Below, piece by piece: positions 15,731 to 27,200 of a DNA stretch of 38,308 nt. The stretch comes from a virus (Duplodnaviria > Caudoviricetes), in IMG/VR virus record IMGVR_UViG_3300016478_000127, positions 1 to 38,308 of that record; one strand, given 5' to 3'. A program made the translations under genes and the position numbers. Every line of letters begins with the position of its first letter. Position 1 is the stretch's first letter. A model generated the notes under the pieces. The model was not told the DNA's origin. It ran no database searches and saw only the letters and a list, made by a program, of their open reading frames with translations.

Positions 15731-16865
15731 TCGTGAACACGAGCTGGACGACGATCTGGTGGAAGAAAACTCCCTGTTGGAAATGTCGGATGAAGAGATT
15801 ATGAATCTCGATCCGGCAACTTTCGCCGTTGCTCCTCAAGAAGAAGAGCAAGAGGAAGATCAGGAAGAAGAAGAGCCGGCTGGTGAATCCGAACCTGAAG
15901 GCGACGACGAGCCGGCAGGCGAGGAAGTCACGCCGGAAGGTGAGGATGAGCCTGCCAAGGAAGAGGGTAAGGATAAGGATTCCCCAGCTTCTGAAGACAA
16001 AGCTAAGGAAGAAGCTGAACCAGCCCCGAAAGAAGAAACGGATTATAAAGCTGAGTATGAAAAGATACTGGCTCCGTTCTCTGCCAACGGCAAACAGATG
16101 CAGGTTCAGTCGGCTGAAGAAGCCATCACCCTGATGCAGATGGGTGCGAACTACAACAAGAAGATGGCTGCACTGAAGCCAAATTTGAAACTTCTCAAGC
16201 TGTTGGAGAACAATGGTCTCCTCAGCGAAGAAAAGTTGAGCTTCTTGATTGATTTGGATAAAAAGAATCCGGATGCAATCACGAAGTTGGTGAAAGACAG
16301 TGGACTCGATCCACTGGAAATGGATGTAAGCAAAAGCGACTACAAGCCAAATACTTACACTGTACATGACCGTGAAGTAGAGCTGGACTCGGTACTGAGT
16401 GATATTCAGGACACTCCGACTTACAGCAAAACGATCTCGATTGTGGGCAATAAGTGGGATGGCGAGAGTAAGAAGATCATTGTTGAGAACCCGCAACTGA
16501 TCAAAGTGATCAATGACCACATGGCTAGTGGGGTCTTCGATCTGATCAGCAATGAAGTGGATCGTCAACGTGCTCTGAATCGCTTGAATGGTGTTTCGGA
16601 CATCGAGGCTTACCGCTTAGTAGGTGACGAAATGCACAACCGTGGTGCTCTGAGACCGGCAAGCCAGCCTGCTCAGAAAGTCCCCGGCACTGTGCGTGAA
16701 CCGGTACCTACCAAACCGGCAGCTCAAAACCAAGACACTCGTTCCAAGAAGCTCGCTGCAAGTACGCCGAAGGCAGCAGCCCCGGTCAAGAACGACCCGG
16801 ACTTCAACCCCTTGGCTATGTCCGATGAGGACTTCGCCAAGATCGGCAACCCACGACTCATGTAA
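15723..16865 (+). CDS. N4 gp57-like protein (scaffold-like; often labelled tape measure)
   Basis: Very acidic N-terminal third, PFSANGK...LMQMGANY..KM, C-terminal NPLAMSDEDF; directly upstream of the capsid gene. Confidence 0.8.
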   Translation: MSDREHELDDDLVEENSLLEMSDEEIMNLDPATFAVAPQEEEQEEDQEEEEPAGESEPEGDDEPAGEEVTPEGEDEPAKEEGKDKDSPASEDKAKEEAEPAPKEETDYKAEYEKILAPFSANGKQMQVQSAEEAITLMQMGANYNKKMAALKPNLKLLKLLENNGLLSEEKLSFLIDLDKKNPDAITKLVKDSGLDPLEMDVSKSDYKPNTYTVHDREVELDSVLSDIQDTPTYSKTISIVGNKWDGESKKIIVENPQLIKVINDHMASGVFDLISNEVDRQRALNRLNGVSDIEAYRLVGDEMHNRGALRPASQPAQKVPGTVREPVPTKPAAQNQDTRSKKLAASTPKAAAPVKNDPDFNPLAMSDEDFAKIGNPRLM

Positions 16866-16881
16866 GTAAGAGGAAAGCACT

Positions 16882-18051
16882 ATGTCGCGTCAGTTTAAAG
16901 ACCCCGTTGGCGGCACGCCGTCCAGCATCGGTACTCAGTTCAGCAACTTCTACTACCAGAAGCAGGCGCTGATCGAGGCCCGTAAGGAACAGTACTTCAG
17001 CCAGTTGGCTGATGTGACTTCCATGCCCAAGAACATGGGCAAGACCATCAAGCGTTACCACTACATCCCGCTGCTCGATGATGCCAACATCAACGATCAG
17101 GGTATCGACGCATCCGGTGCCACCATCGCCAACGGTAACCTGTACGGTTCCAGCAAGGACATCGGTACCATTCCGGGCAAGCTGCCGGTTCTGTCTGAGA
17201 CCGGTGGTCGTGTGAACCGTGTTGGCTTCAAGCGTAAGGAACTGGAAGGTACCTTCGAGAAGTTCGGCTTCTTCGATGAGTACACCCAAGAGTCGATTGA
17301 CTTCGATTCTGATGCCGAGCTGATGCAGCACATCAACCGCGAAATGATCAACGGTGCCAACGAGATCACCGAAGATGCCCTGCAAATCGACCTGATCAAT
17401 GCCGCTGGTGTGATTCGTTACGCTGGTAATGCCACTTCCAACGCCACCATCGGTGCCGACGATGTGGTCAGCTACGGCGACATCATGCGTCTGAGCATTG
17501 ACCTGGACAACAACCGCACTCCGAAAAAGACCACCGTGATCACCGGTACCCGCATGATCGACACCAAAGTCGTTCCGGCCTGCCGTGTGATGTACATCGG
17601 TTCCGAGCTGCTGCCGACTCTGCGTGGCCTGAAAGACCTGCACAACGAGCCGGCTTTCATCTCGGTCGAGAAGTACGCTGCCGGTGGTACCGTCCTCAAC
17701 GGCGAAGCCGGTTCCATCGACGCCTTCCGTGTGATCGTGGTTCCGGAAATGCTGAAGTGGGCTGGTGCTGGTGCTGATGCTTCGGCATCCTCGACTCATT
17801 ACGAGACTGGCAACAAGTTCGACGTGTTCCCGATGCTGGTTGTGGGTGACCAGAGCTTCACTACCATTGGCTTCCAAACCGATGGCAAGACCGTGAAGTT
17901 CAAAATCTTCCACAAGAAGCCTGGCGAAGCCACTGCGGATCGCAACGACCCGTATGGCGAAACCGGTTTCATGTCGATCAAGTGGTACTACGGCTTCATG
18001 GTACTGCGTCCGGAGCGTATCGCTCTGATCAAGACCGCTGCCACCCTCTAA
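16882..18051 (+). CDS. Major capsid protein (N4 gp56-like)
   Basis: [53 protein letters not shown]; strongly biased codon usage. Confidence 0.95.
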   Translation: MSRQFKDPVGGTPSSIGTQFSNFYYQKQALIEARKEQYFSQLADVTSMPKNMGKTIKRYHYIPLLDDANINDQGIDASGATIANGNLYGSSKDIGTIPGKLPVLSETGGRVNRVGFKRKELEGTFEKFGFFDEYTQESIDFDSDAELMQHINREMINGANEITEDALQIDLINAAGVIRYAGNATSNATIGADDVVSYGDIMRLSIDLDNNRTPKKTTVITGTRMIDTKVVPACRVMYIGSELLPTLRGLKDLHNEPAFISVEKYAAGGTVLNGEAGSIDAFRVIVVPEMLKWAGAGADASASSTHYETGNKFDVFPMLVVGDQSFTTIGFQTDGKTVKFKIFHKKPGEATADRNDPYGETGFMSIKWYYGFMVLRPERIALIKTAATL

Positions 18052-18062
18052 GTGACAGCACT

Positions 18063-18086
18063 GGGAACCCGGGTAACCGGGTTCCC
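18063..18086 (+). terminator. Stem-loop after the major capsid gene
   Basis: GGGAACCCGG-GTAA-CCGGGTTCCC, weak U tail. Confidence 0.65.
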
Positions 18087-18114
18087 TTCCATTCTCCAAT
18101 AGGAAAAGATTCCC

Positions 18115-18717
18115 ATGAGTGATGACAACCTGAACCTCGATACCGAACAAGAGCAGGATGAAGCTGCTCTGCTGGCCGCTACCGAGCTGGAAAACCTGAA
18201 GTCCCGTGCTGAAAAGCTGGGCGTGAAATTCCATCCCTCGATCAGTGCCGAGAAACTGCGCGAGAAAATCAAAGCTGCCCAGACCGAAGGTGAAGGCAGC
18301 GTGGGTGAGCAACCCGAAGTGAAATCGGCTACTGGTGCCAACGAAGAATCGCCGGCTGCGAAGAAGCTGCGTCTGAAGCGTGAAGCCCTGAAGTTGGTGC
18401 GTGTTCGCATCACCTGCATGAACCCGGCCAAAAAGGAATGGGAAGGTGAGATCATCACCGTGGCCAACAACGCTGTGGGTACTGTGAAGCGTTATGTTCC
18501 GTTCAACATCGAAGACGGCTGGCATGTCGAACACATCCTGCTGGAACAGCTGCGTGAACGTCAGTGCCAAATCTTCGTTAGCGAGAAAGACTCTCGTGGC
18601 AACAAGGTTCGCAAAGGCAAGCTGATTCGTGAGTTCGCCATTGAGGTGCTCGAACCTCTGACCGAAGAAGAGCTGCGTGATCTGGCTCAGCGTCAAGCTA
18701 TGGCCAAAGGCCAGTAA
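18115..18717 (+). CDS. N4 gp55-like protein
   Basis: LVRVRITCMNPAKKEWEGEI, FAIEVLEPLT; synteny. Confidence 0.8.
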   Translation: MSDDNLNLDTEQEQDEAALLAATELENLKSRAEKLGVKFHPSISAEKLREKIKAAQTEGEGSVGEQPEVKSATGANEESPAAKKLRLKREALKLVRVRITCMNPAKKEWEGEIITVANNAVGTVKRYVPFNIEDGWHVEHILLEQLRERQCQIFVSEKDSRGNKVRKGKLIREFAIEVLEPLTEEELRDLAQRQAMAKGQ

Positions 18718-18743
18718 ACCCGTAAGCAACCCAGGTAGACCCG

Positions 18744-19934
18744 ATGAGTATGATCCCTGTAAGTGACCTCACCTCCGGCAGTGTCGGGGGTACTGGCCTG
18801 TTCGATGTTCTGATGAAGACCATGAAAGGTCACATCGAACAAGAGTGGGCACAGAACCGCATTCGTGGGCCGGAATACTCTCAGGTCTATCTGGGTTCGC
18901 TTACCCAAATTCTTCAGACTTCTGCTTCGTTCCTACTGGAACAGCGGAAAGCTGAACAAGAAGAAGCTCTGTTGGCTGCTCAGATTGCTGAGACCAATGC
19001 CCGTGTCCTGCTGGTTGAAGCTCAGGTAGAGCTTGCCAAGCAAGAAAAGCTGAATGCTGAGAACCAGTGGAAACTGCTGGATGAACAGCGTGCCAAGATG
19101 GTGGCCGAGACTGCTTTGATCAATGAGCAGGTTCTCAATGCTCAGGCTGATCGTGACATCCTTGAACAGCAGAAGCTCAAGATCACTGCCGAAGTAGCTG
19201 TGATGCAGGAGAAGGTGCTGACTGCACCGGTCGAGCGTGAGCTGATGGAAGCCCAACGTGACAAGGCTCTGATCGAAGTCGAGATGGCTGGCGTCCAGAA
19301 GACCAAGCTCAGCTCCGAAAACCTGCTGATCATCGAACAGCGTTTCAAGGTTGTGGCTGAAACCGCCATGATCAATCAGCAGAAAGCCAACGCTGTGAAG
19401 GAAGGTGTAATCCTCGATGGCCAAGCCCTCAAGGTTACTGCTGAGACTGGCCTGATCAATCAGAACAAGCTGAATGCTGTGACTGAAGGTCTGATCATGC
19501 TGGAGCAGAAAGAGAAGGTCACTGCTGAAACCAAACTGCTGGGCCAGAACTACCTGAACGAAGTCACCCAGAACTCTGTACTGGTGGCTCAGGAATGTAA
19601 GCTCCGTGCTGAGTTCGATTTGCTGAGTGAACAGCGTCTGAAGGTGGTACAGGAAACCACTCTGTTGGGTCAGAAAGTACAGACTGAGAAGGCTCAAACC
19701 GTGGGTCTGGGTGTAGATGAAGACTCGGTGATTGGCCGTCAGAAACTGCTGTACAAGGCACAGACTGATGGCTTCAAGCGGGATGCTGAGCAGAAGGCAG
19801 CCAAACTCATGGTGGATAGCTGGAACGTCCGCCGCACCACGGATGAAGGTACGGTGGCTGATTCGACCAACATGCTCAACGATGCGACGATTGGTCGAGC
19901 TGTGAAGAAGTTGCTGGCGGGCGTAGACGCTTAA
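18744..19934 (+). CDS. N4 gp54-like virion structural protein with 28-aa coiled-coil repeats
   Basis: GTGLFDVLM...[14 protein letters not shown]-terminus; [25 protein letters not shown]-terminus. Confidence 0.8.
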   Translation: MSMIPVSDLTSGSVGGTGLFDVLMKTMKGHIEQEWAQNRIRGPEYSQVYLGSLTQILQTSASFLLEQRKAEQEEALLAAQIAETNARVLLVEAQVELAKQEKLNAENQWKLLDEQRAKMVAETALINEQVLNAQADRDILEQQKLKITAEVAVMQEKVLTAPVERELMEAQRDKALIEVEMAGVQKTKLSSENLLIIEQRFKVVAETAMINQQKANAVKEGVILDGQALKVTAETGLINQNKLNAVTEGLIMLEQKEKVTAETKLLGQNYLNEVTQNSVLVAQECKLRAEFDLLSEQRLKVVQETTLLGQKVQTEKAQTVGLGVDEDSVIGRQKLLYKAQTDGFKRDAEQKAAKLMVDSWNVRRTTDEGTVADSTNMLNDATIGRAVKKLLAGVDA

Positions 19935-19952
19935 CCTGCAATGCTGTAACAC

Positions 19953-19972
19953 AGGGGAGCTACGGCTCCCCT
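19953..19972 (+). terminator. Stem-loop/terminator after the gp54-like gene
   Basis: AGGGGAGC-TACG-GCTCCCCT followed by TGTTCT. Confidence 0.6.
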
Positions 19973-19991
19973 TGTTCTATCTGGAGGGTGT

Positions 19992-22190
19992 ATGGGGCTG
20001 TTCAGTAACAAGAAGAAGGTCGAGGTCACTGTCGATCTAAAGCGTGCCGTTGAGGACAACCTGATCCCAGATACCACGATCACCAGTACCACCAAGGCCA
20101 TTTTAGAAAATGGTGTTGTTGCAGAGTTTCTGGCTGATGGTTGGATGAATAGCATTGGTACCCGCTCCAATCGGATGTACCAGTACGCTAAAAAATGGCA
20201 CCCCTACGGTATGCCTGTCAGCACCCTACACTCCTCGATGGATGGACAGGCCATCGTCAAGAAGGTGATGGAATCTGAACTGGGCAGAACAGTGACCATG
20301 GGCTACTACAAAGCCGCCCCATTCAATGCGGTGCATCATGCTTGGGAAACCTTGGTTAAGCAGTATGGCTACGACAGCAACACGAACCAGGTCGCTGTAC
20401 TCAGCCAACGCCATGATGCCGTCGTTTACCTGAAAGACATCGTACCCATCTACAGCTTGGAAGGGTTGGAAGAATCTCCTGCGGGTGGTCAGGAAATCTG
20501 GGGTATTCCCGCCAACAGTCTGCCGTTCCCCGGACGTTTGGAGACACCTATTTCATTGGCTATTGCTACTCCATTTGAGGTGGATGTTGCTGCTGAAAAG
20601 AGCATCGTGCGGGTGATCTATACCTTCCAGGTGGTCATCACCCAAAAAGTAGGAAATATGGAAGTAGATATTCCGGAATGGCGTGAAGGTACGCTGGATA
20701 TTGACCTAACTGGTTTCCAGTTAGACGCGGAGTATTATCAGGTCTGGTTCAAAGAAACTGACAATAACAAGTGGGGATTCTGGAGCCACCCAGTCAATAG
20801 TGAAACCTACCCAGAGCTGACTGCTATTCACGAAGCGGTATTTACCGATCTAGGTACTTACTACCCCTTTGTTTATTTCCGGTACAACTTCCAGGCAGAA
20901 ACAACTGCACGTTACGAATACTCTGATCCTTATGAAGATCAGAAGAAAATGCTCAAGTATCTGAATATGGACTACGACCAAATTGGTGATGCCATCAATG
21001 GGAGTAGTAGTGAAGACACTGTGCATGGCATGTTGATCTTCGGAGTAAATCCTGGGAGCGATGACCCCACTGACCATAAATACCTGTACGAATACTTTAA
21101 CGCACTGTGGTACGCCACGGGTGGTAAGAACCCTGTCTATGATCCGAAAGCCCCTGCTTTATCTGATAAGAGGTTTTCCATTGCAGACAAGCGTTTCACC
21201 ATGTCTTTTGGCTTTAAGTCCATCACCAAAACCACTGTTGGTGGTGAAATTGCCAAGGTTGGTCAATGCACCGGTAGTTACTCAAACAGGGTGTATACCT
21301 ACCGGTATCAACGCACTGCCGCTATATACGATGAGATCACGGTACATGGGTTGCTTTGTAACTACAAAGTGTTCAACGGCTACTCGTATACCGGAGGTGC
21401 TGGGTCTAAGACTCTCATAATTCCGCTGGATAAAGCCTTGGTGAACAAGTTCAGCGTGAAAGAACGTGAGGTACTTGTTGCTCGTGCCATGCACTACATG
21501 ACCTGCACTTATGTAGAAATTGAGGAAAAGTGGTACAACAAAAGCTGGGTCAAGATTGTCGTCGTAATTGTTGCCATTGTGCTGACCGTATTTACCGGAA
21601 ATGGTTGGCAGCTGCTCACCGCAGTTATTGCTGGTGAGATTGCTTTGACAGCCTTGCTCATCTACATGGTTACAAAATTGGTAATGGGGATGGTCGTTTC
21701 CTACGTCTTCTCGCTGGTAGCTAAGACTATTGGAGCTGAGTTGGCCATGCTCATCGGTGCAGTAGTCATGTTGTACGGTGGCTACAAGTACATGACCAAC
21801 ACTGTTGGGCCTATGAGTGTCCGTGCTGAAACCTTGCTAGGTGTAGGCACCAATCTTATGGATGCTGGTTCGGCTCAAATTCAAACAGAAATCCGACAAA
21901 TTCAGGGGGAAATGACCGAGTTCTCTTTAATGGCAGAACAGAAATGGGCTGAACTGGAGGAGGTTAAGAACCTGATGGGTAAGGAAAACCTGCTCGACCC
22001 ATTCGAGTTCATTGGTAAAGAACCTGCCATTGTATTTGGTGAACACCCAGACCAGTTCTACGAACGTACCATTCACACAGGAAACATCGGCGTATTGGCC
22101 CTTGATGCCAATTCGTCCTTCATTGAGATTTCCCTTACTCTACCCAAACTACCTCAGACATTTGGAGAATCTGATTATGAGCTTGTTTGA
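19992..22190 (+). CDS. N4 gp53-like virion protein with C-terminal hydrophobic segments
   Basis: MGLFS start, KWY followed by several hydrophobic stretches; GGAGG RBS; synteny. Confidence 0.75.
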   Translation: MGLFSNKKKVEVTVDLKRAVEDNLIPDTTITSTTKAILENGVVAEFLADGWMNSIGTRSNRMYQYAKKWHPYGMPVSTLHSSMDGQAIVKKVMESELGRTVTMGYYKAAPFNAVHHAWETLVKQYGYDSNTNQVAVLSQRHDAVVYLKDIVPIYSLEGLEESPAGGQEIWGIPANSLPFPGRLETPISLAIATPFEVDVAAEKSIVRVIYTFQVVITQKVGNMEVDIPEWREGTLDIDLTGFQLDAEYYQVWFKETDNNKWGFWSHPVNSETYPELTAIHEAVFTDLGTYYPFVYFRYNFQAETTARYEYSDPYEDQKKMLKYLNMDYDQIGDAINGSSSEDTVHGMLIFGVNPGSDDPTDHKYLYEYFNALWYATGGKNPVYDPKAPALSDKRFSIADKRFTMSFGFKSITKTTVGGEIAKVGQCTGSYSNRVYTYRYQRTAAIYDEITVHGLLCNYKVFNGYSYTGGAGSKTLIIPLDKALVNKFSVKEREVLVARAMHYMTCTYVEIEEKWYNKSWVKIVVVIVAIVLTVFTGNGWQLLTAVIAGEIALTALLIYMVTKLVMGMVVSYVFSLVAKTIGAELAMLIGAVVMLYGGYKYMTNTVGPMSVRAETLLGVGTNLMDAGSAQIQTEIRQIQGEMTEFSLMAEQKWAELEEVKNLMGKENLLDPFEFIGKEPAIVFGEHPDQFYERTIHTGNIGVLALDANSSFIEISLTLPKLPQTFGESDYELV

Positions 22191-22650
22191 TAGCCTTTCT
22201 AGCTGGGTGCGTAGCAAACCATCCACGGTGAATCTTCCCAGTGGCAATATGATGACCCCCGCTCCTGTGGAGTGGCTTGAACAAGTGCAAACCCAACCGG
22301 GGTATGTAGCACTACCTACTGACCCTACCTTGACTAAAGGTCAAGGAATGTTTGGTGGTTTGTTTGATAACTTCTTTGACACCACCAATGCCGACGGCAT
22401 CAAGACTCAAGGCTGGGGTGGTTTGGCCCTGTCCGGTCTGCAAGGTCTGGGCAACAGCTACATGGGTATGAAGCAATACGGGCTGGCAGAAGATGCTCTG
22501 AAAGAGCAGAAACGTCAGTTCAACATCAACTACGAAGCTCAACGCAAGATGACCAATGCCCAGCTTTCGGATCGTCAACGTGCCCGTGTTGCATCCAACC
22601 CTGGCGCGTATGCCAGTGAAGCTGAGTACATGAAACAGTGGGGTATCTAA
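22177..22650 (+). CDS. N4 gp52-like small virion/ejection protein
   Basis: GGAG RBS before ATG 22177; Gly-rich segment then QFNINYEAQRKMTNAQLSDRQRARVA. Confidence 0.75.
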   Translation: MSLFDSLSSWVRSKPSTVNLPSGNMMTPAPVEWLEQVQTQPGYVALPTDPTLTKGQGMFGGLFDNFFDTTNADGIKTQGWGGLALSGLQGLGNSYMGMKQYGLAEDALKEQKRQFNINYEAQRKMTNAQLSDRQRARVASNPGAYASEAEYMKQWGI

Positions 22651-22653
22651 GTC

Positions 22654-24210
22654 ATGCCTATCACTTGGCGTAACATCGAAAGTGACCATACTCGGGGTGC
22701 TGCCAGTCTCTTCGAGACCGCTCGCAGTGCCCTCAATGATGGTATGGGGAACTTCAAGAGCATCATTGACTCTCGTAATGAGCTGAACCAGCAGAACTGG
22801 GACACTCAGAAAGCAGTCAACACCGACCTGTTTCTTGATCGTCTGGCTCAGTACAAAACGCCTGAAGAGTTGGCTGCTGCTCAAGAGGCTGGCCAGCTGC
22901 AAGCCCTCAAGGCTCAGTTCGGTGGTCAGATTGATCGTGATGCTGTGCGTGGTGCAGAGGCTGCTGCTGCTGAGCAGCTGATGAAACGTATCACCGCCCA
23001 GAACCTCTACCAAGACGATACCCGTCGTCGTGGTGAGCGTGATCAAATGGATGTTGGCCGTCAGCTTTTGCTGGGTAAAAAATACGATGAGTTTGATAAG
23101 TGGGCAGCAGAAAACAACCTGTTGGATGAGCCAGAACTTCACGAATTGAAGCGCACCTACCAACGCCAAGACGGTCAGGACAGTCGTGCTGAACGTCAGC
23201 TTGGTATCAGCCTGAATCGTGCCAACCAAGAGAACATTCGCTTCAAACAGGAACAGGATGCCCTGAGTCGAAAGCAGTTTATTGGTCAGCAAGCAGCTCA
23301 AATAACTCAAGAATTTCAGCAGTATGAGAAAGCAACTCATAATGAAATGGTCTCAGCTGCAAAAGACTTGGGGCTTTCTGTAGATGACGATGGGCTTCCT
23401 GTGTTTTCTGAAGACCCAAAAGGACAGATACAGCAACGTGAATACGCTTATGAACTGAAACGTCGTGGCATTAACCCGATGTCTCCTACTGAGCGTACCA
23501 ATGGAGCCTTGGCTCGAATTATGAGTGCCCCAGAAATGAAGGGGGCAGGTATTGATGAGCTTCTTGTAATTAGCAAGGCACTGAATCAAGGGATCAATGC
23601 TGTAAATCAGCTTGATCCTACAATTCAAGCAAAGTTGGATGCAGCTAAAGCAGCAGAAGATGAAAAGCTCAAGGTAATGCTGGCTGCTCGAAAAGAGGGT
23701 CAGCAAGCCGAAGCAGCAACAAACCCGTTCTACAACCCGACAAAGGACGTAGAAAAATCTACGGCCAACATCATGTCGAAGCTGCCCAAGAACTTCGACT
23801 TTGATGGTATTGATTCTAAACAACGTGGGCTGTTGGAAAACGAAGTTCGTAAATACCTGAATGAAGGGATGTCTGAGGATTTCGTACAGAACGTCTTCAA
23901 TGCAGTGGCTACTGAAGGGACAGTAACTGATGACGCAGATGAGAACTTCCAAGAGTACATGGATGAGTACTTTCCTGTAACTAAGCTGGCTGAATTGAAG
24001 CAGCTTGCAAACGGGGTAGTCGATGAAAATGGGCGAGTCATTGCTCCGGGCCTACGCACCAAACACGCAGAAGAAATACGCGCTTTGCAGATTGAAGCTC
24101 TGGAAAATCAGAAGAAGCTGGAGCGTGCCTTTCGTAAAAGCCAAGGGCTGACCCCAGAGGCGTCTGCTGAAACGCTACGTCGTTTGAGTAGCTTGTTGAA
24201 GGCTAAGTAA
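22654..24210 (+). CDS. N4 gp51-position virion/ejection protein
   Basis: MPITWRNI start, helical, immediately upstream of vRNAP. Confidence 0.7.
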   Translation: MPITWRNIESDHTRGAASLFETARSALNDGMGNFKSIIDSRNELNQQNWDTQKAVNTDLFLDRLAQYKTPEELAAAQEAGQLQALKAQFGGQIDRDAVRGAEAAAAEQLMKRITAQNLYQDDTRRRGERDQMDVGRQLLLGKKYDEFDKWAAENNLLDEPELHELKRTYQRQDGQDSRAERQLGISLNRANQENIRFKQEQDALSRKQFIGQQAAQITQEFQQYEKATHNEMVSAAKDLGLSVDDDGLPVFSEDPKGQIQQREYAYELKRRGINPMSPTERTNGALARIMSAPEMKGAGIDELLVISKALNQGINAVNQLDPTIQAKLDAAKAAEDEKLKVMLAARKEGQQAEAATNPFYNPTKDVEKSTANIMSKLPKNFDFDGIDSKQRGLLENEVRKYLNEGMSEDFVQNVFNAVATEGTVTDDADENFQEYMDEYFPVTKLAELKQLANGVVDENGRVIAPGLRTKHAEEIRALQIEALENQKKLERAFRKSQGLTPEASAETLRRLSSLLKAK

Positions 24211-24247
24211 ATACACTACCTGCCATGCCTTTTTGCTGGAGATACAC

Positions 24248-27200
24248 ATGAGTTTTGACGCTAAAGAGTTCTATGCAAGTTTCAACAACTTTGGTAGTCC
24301 GAAACCCGATGTGACCTCCAGCAAAAAGGAGTCTCTCGCCCTTCGAGCTGATGAAAAGAAAAGCTCCATTCTGGAGAAAGCAGCTCGAATCGAACGCAAC
24401 AAAGACTCGGTTGTGTCTCAACTGGGCCTTGATCCCGATGGTTTCGTTGGTGACATGGTGAACCGTGTTGCAGCTACTGCTGACACGGTACGTGATGTCG
24501 TTAGTGGTATCTCCAAGCTGGAACAAGCAGCTTACAAGGCGGCCACAGGTAAGGAGTTGTCCCAAGAAATTAAGGACAAAATGGCCATACCTGACTTCGA
24601 TAAGTATGTCGCTGAGATGGAGAACGGGGTTAAACCTGCCAGCCATCCCCGAGCAGTAGCTGATGTTGGTATCACTGCACTGAAAGGGGCCATTGGTGTT
24701 CCTGAAAGCGCAGTAGGTGTTGCTGATCTGTTCACTTTTGGTATGGCAGGTAAGAAAGCAGAGGAAGCAGGTTTCCGTTCTCGTGATGCCAAGCAGTTTT
24801 TGGACTCTTTGAAATCTGATGAATTGCGTGCCAGTGAAGCAGAAGTACACGCTGCTGATGGGTTTATGAATACCCTAGAGGCTGCTATAGAAAGGCCCCT
24901 AATGGTGGGTCATGCTATCGGAGAATCTATCCCCGCTATGCTTGCAGGGGGTGTGGTAGGTAAAGGTCTGCAAAAGCTGGGTATGGCCTCCAAACTCGCC
25001 TCTGCTGCGGGTGAAGGTGTAATGATGTCTGGTATGGCTGCCGAGAACATTCGTCAGCAAACCAAAGACGGCGAGATGTCTTTAAAGCAGGTAGGTGATG
25101 CTGCTCTGACAGGTCTGCTGGGGGCCGGTATTGCCCGTGTGGGTAACAAGATTGCTGGCAAAGCCCGTGTTAGTGACATCGAAGAAGCGGCTATGAATGA
25201 GGTATTGCCACCTGCCCAATTAGCAGGGCTGCCTCGTGTAACTGCTGTTGCTGGTATCGAAGGTGCAGAAGAACTAGCACAGTCTGGTGAAGAGCAGATT
25301 CTTCAGAATCACGCTCTGGACAAAGATTTGCTGGAAGGTGTTGGTGATGCTATGGCCATGGGCCTTGTCACCGGTTCGGCTATGGGTGCCGGCTTTGGTA
25401 TGGCCCAACCCTCGGACGAAAATGCCTCAAATAGTGAGGTAATCAAAGACCTCGTTGGTGCTGTGAAAGGTAAGGTTAGTCAGGCTGCTGACGCCCTGAA
25501 CTTGAACCAAAAGGGTAAGGATATTGAGGCTGCGTTTGAGCACGCCAAGACCACTGGTGAAGTAGATCGTCTGGTTGACAGTAAAGACCCTGCCTATGAC
25601 CCGACTGGGGCTATCCGTGCCATGCACGAGTACTCTCAGCGTGATGACGCTGATGCTGAGGGTCTGATTGAGTACGGTGAAGAGTTGGTATCCGGTATGG
25701 AACTCCAGCTGAAACAGCGTATTCAGAATCTGGAAAATTCCCGTGATCTGACTACCCCAGAACACATCAAGGAGCAGGAAGATCAGATTGCCAAGACCAG
25801 GGAAGAAGTCGCCAAAATGAAGATCGCCTTGCAGGACTGGCGAGGCACCAACACGGACATCGAAACACTCGATAGCAGCGTAGAGTTGGCCAACACCCCG
25901 GTAAACGAAATCACCGAGGAAATCGCTCAACCTGTACAAGCTGCTGTGCGAAAGTCACTGACCTTGGCCATGCGTGATTCGTCCAAGATGACTCCAGAGC
26001 AAATGGAAGCCCTGGCCAATAACACTGAGAACTCTCTGGATGATTCTCAGCGTACTTTCCTGTCTCGCTCTGCTGCTGCCCGTCGTGCTGCAACTGAGGC
26101 CAAGACCGTAGAAGGGGTATCCGAAGAAGTCTTCAAAGGTGGTAACGGTAATCTCGGTTTGGAGAACTACCAAGCTGCCTTCAACGATGCATATGCCAAT
26201 GGTGACAACGCTGGCATGCGTACTGCCCTTGCTGGTCTTCAGAAGTTCGCCACTGTTCACCAGAACAAGTTCAACGTGTTCTCTCGGGCGTTCGATGCCA
26301 GTGAACAGGCTGGTGGTACCAAGGTCTACTCGTACCTGCCGAAAGGTAATGGTAGCTGGGTAGCTGCGCCTCGTGGCATGAGCTGGGCTGAGGTGAACAG
26401 CAAAGGTGGGGTGAACATCTCTGCTCAGAACTCAGGCAAGTTGATGGATGCTGTGCGGGCTGAAGTAAAAGCTCTGGAGGCTGGCCTTGAAGCTCTGAAA
26501 GCCAAAGCTGTTGTTCGTACCCCCAAAGCTACTGGCCCAGCCAAAGCCCCTAAAGCTCTTGATCAGGAAGCCCCACAAGCAGCCCCGAAGGTTGCACGTC
26601 CGCAGGCCGAGATTGAGCAGGAGGCTGATGTCCTGCTGGATAACATCAACAGCAAGCTCGACCCGGCAGTGGCTGAAAAGCTCAATCTGAGTCTGGAAGG
26701 CACTTTCAGTCAGCAGCAAGTCAAGGCCATCAAAGCAGCCCTAGAGCCGGCAGACTTCGATGCACTACGTAGTCTCCGTAATGAATACCGTGGCATCGCC
26801 CCCGCGCAGGCGCGGGCTGCGAGTGCCCCGAAGTCTGAGCCGAAGGCGAAGACTGAGGTAGGCACGGAGCAGGCAAGCCAAGCAGCAGAATCACCGAATG
26901 AAGTGTCCCCCAACTTTGATGAAGAAGTGGGGATTGTTGAGGCTGAGATCGAGCAGAAGAAGCGCGAAGAAGCCGAAGCTCGTGAAGCAGAAGAACAGGC
27001 CCGTCGTAGTCAGTCCTTCCTTGAATCCCGTGGGCAAGTACAAAAGCCAACCAAATCGGACTACCTTGGGCAAGCTGCTGGCAAGTTGAAGGCACTGGCT
27101 CACAAAGTTCCGGCTGTGCTGAACCAGAAGAACTACACGTTCGTGAATCTGGTTTCGGCCTACTTCAAGCAAGTGGGTGAACGTCAGGACAGCAATGTGC

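Noticed and set aside
15723-16865. Tape measure protein
   Set aside because: Podovirus context, acidic disordered N-terminus and position before the capsid gene favour a scaffold-like role
16858-18729. 623-aa antisense ORF opposite the capsid and gp55-like genes
   Set aside because: Shadow frame produced by biased codon usage of highly expressed genes; no recognisable motifs
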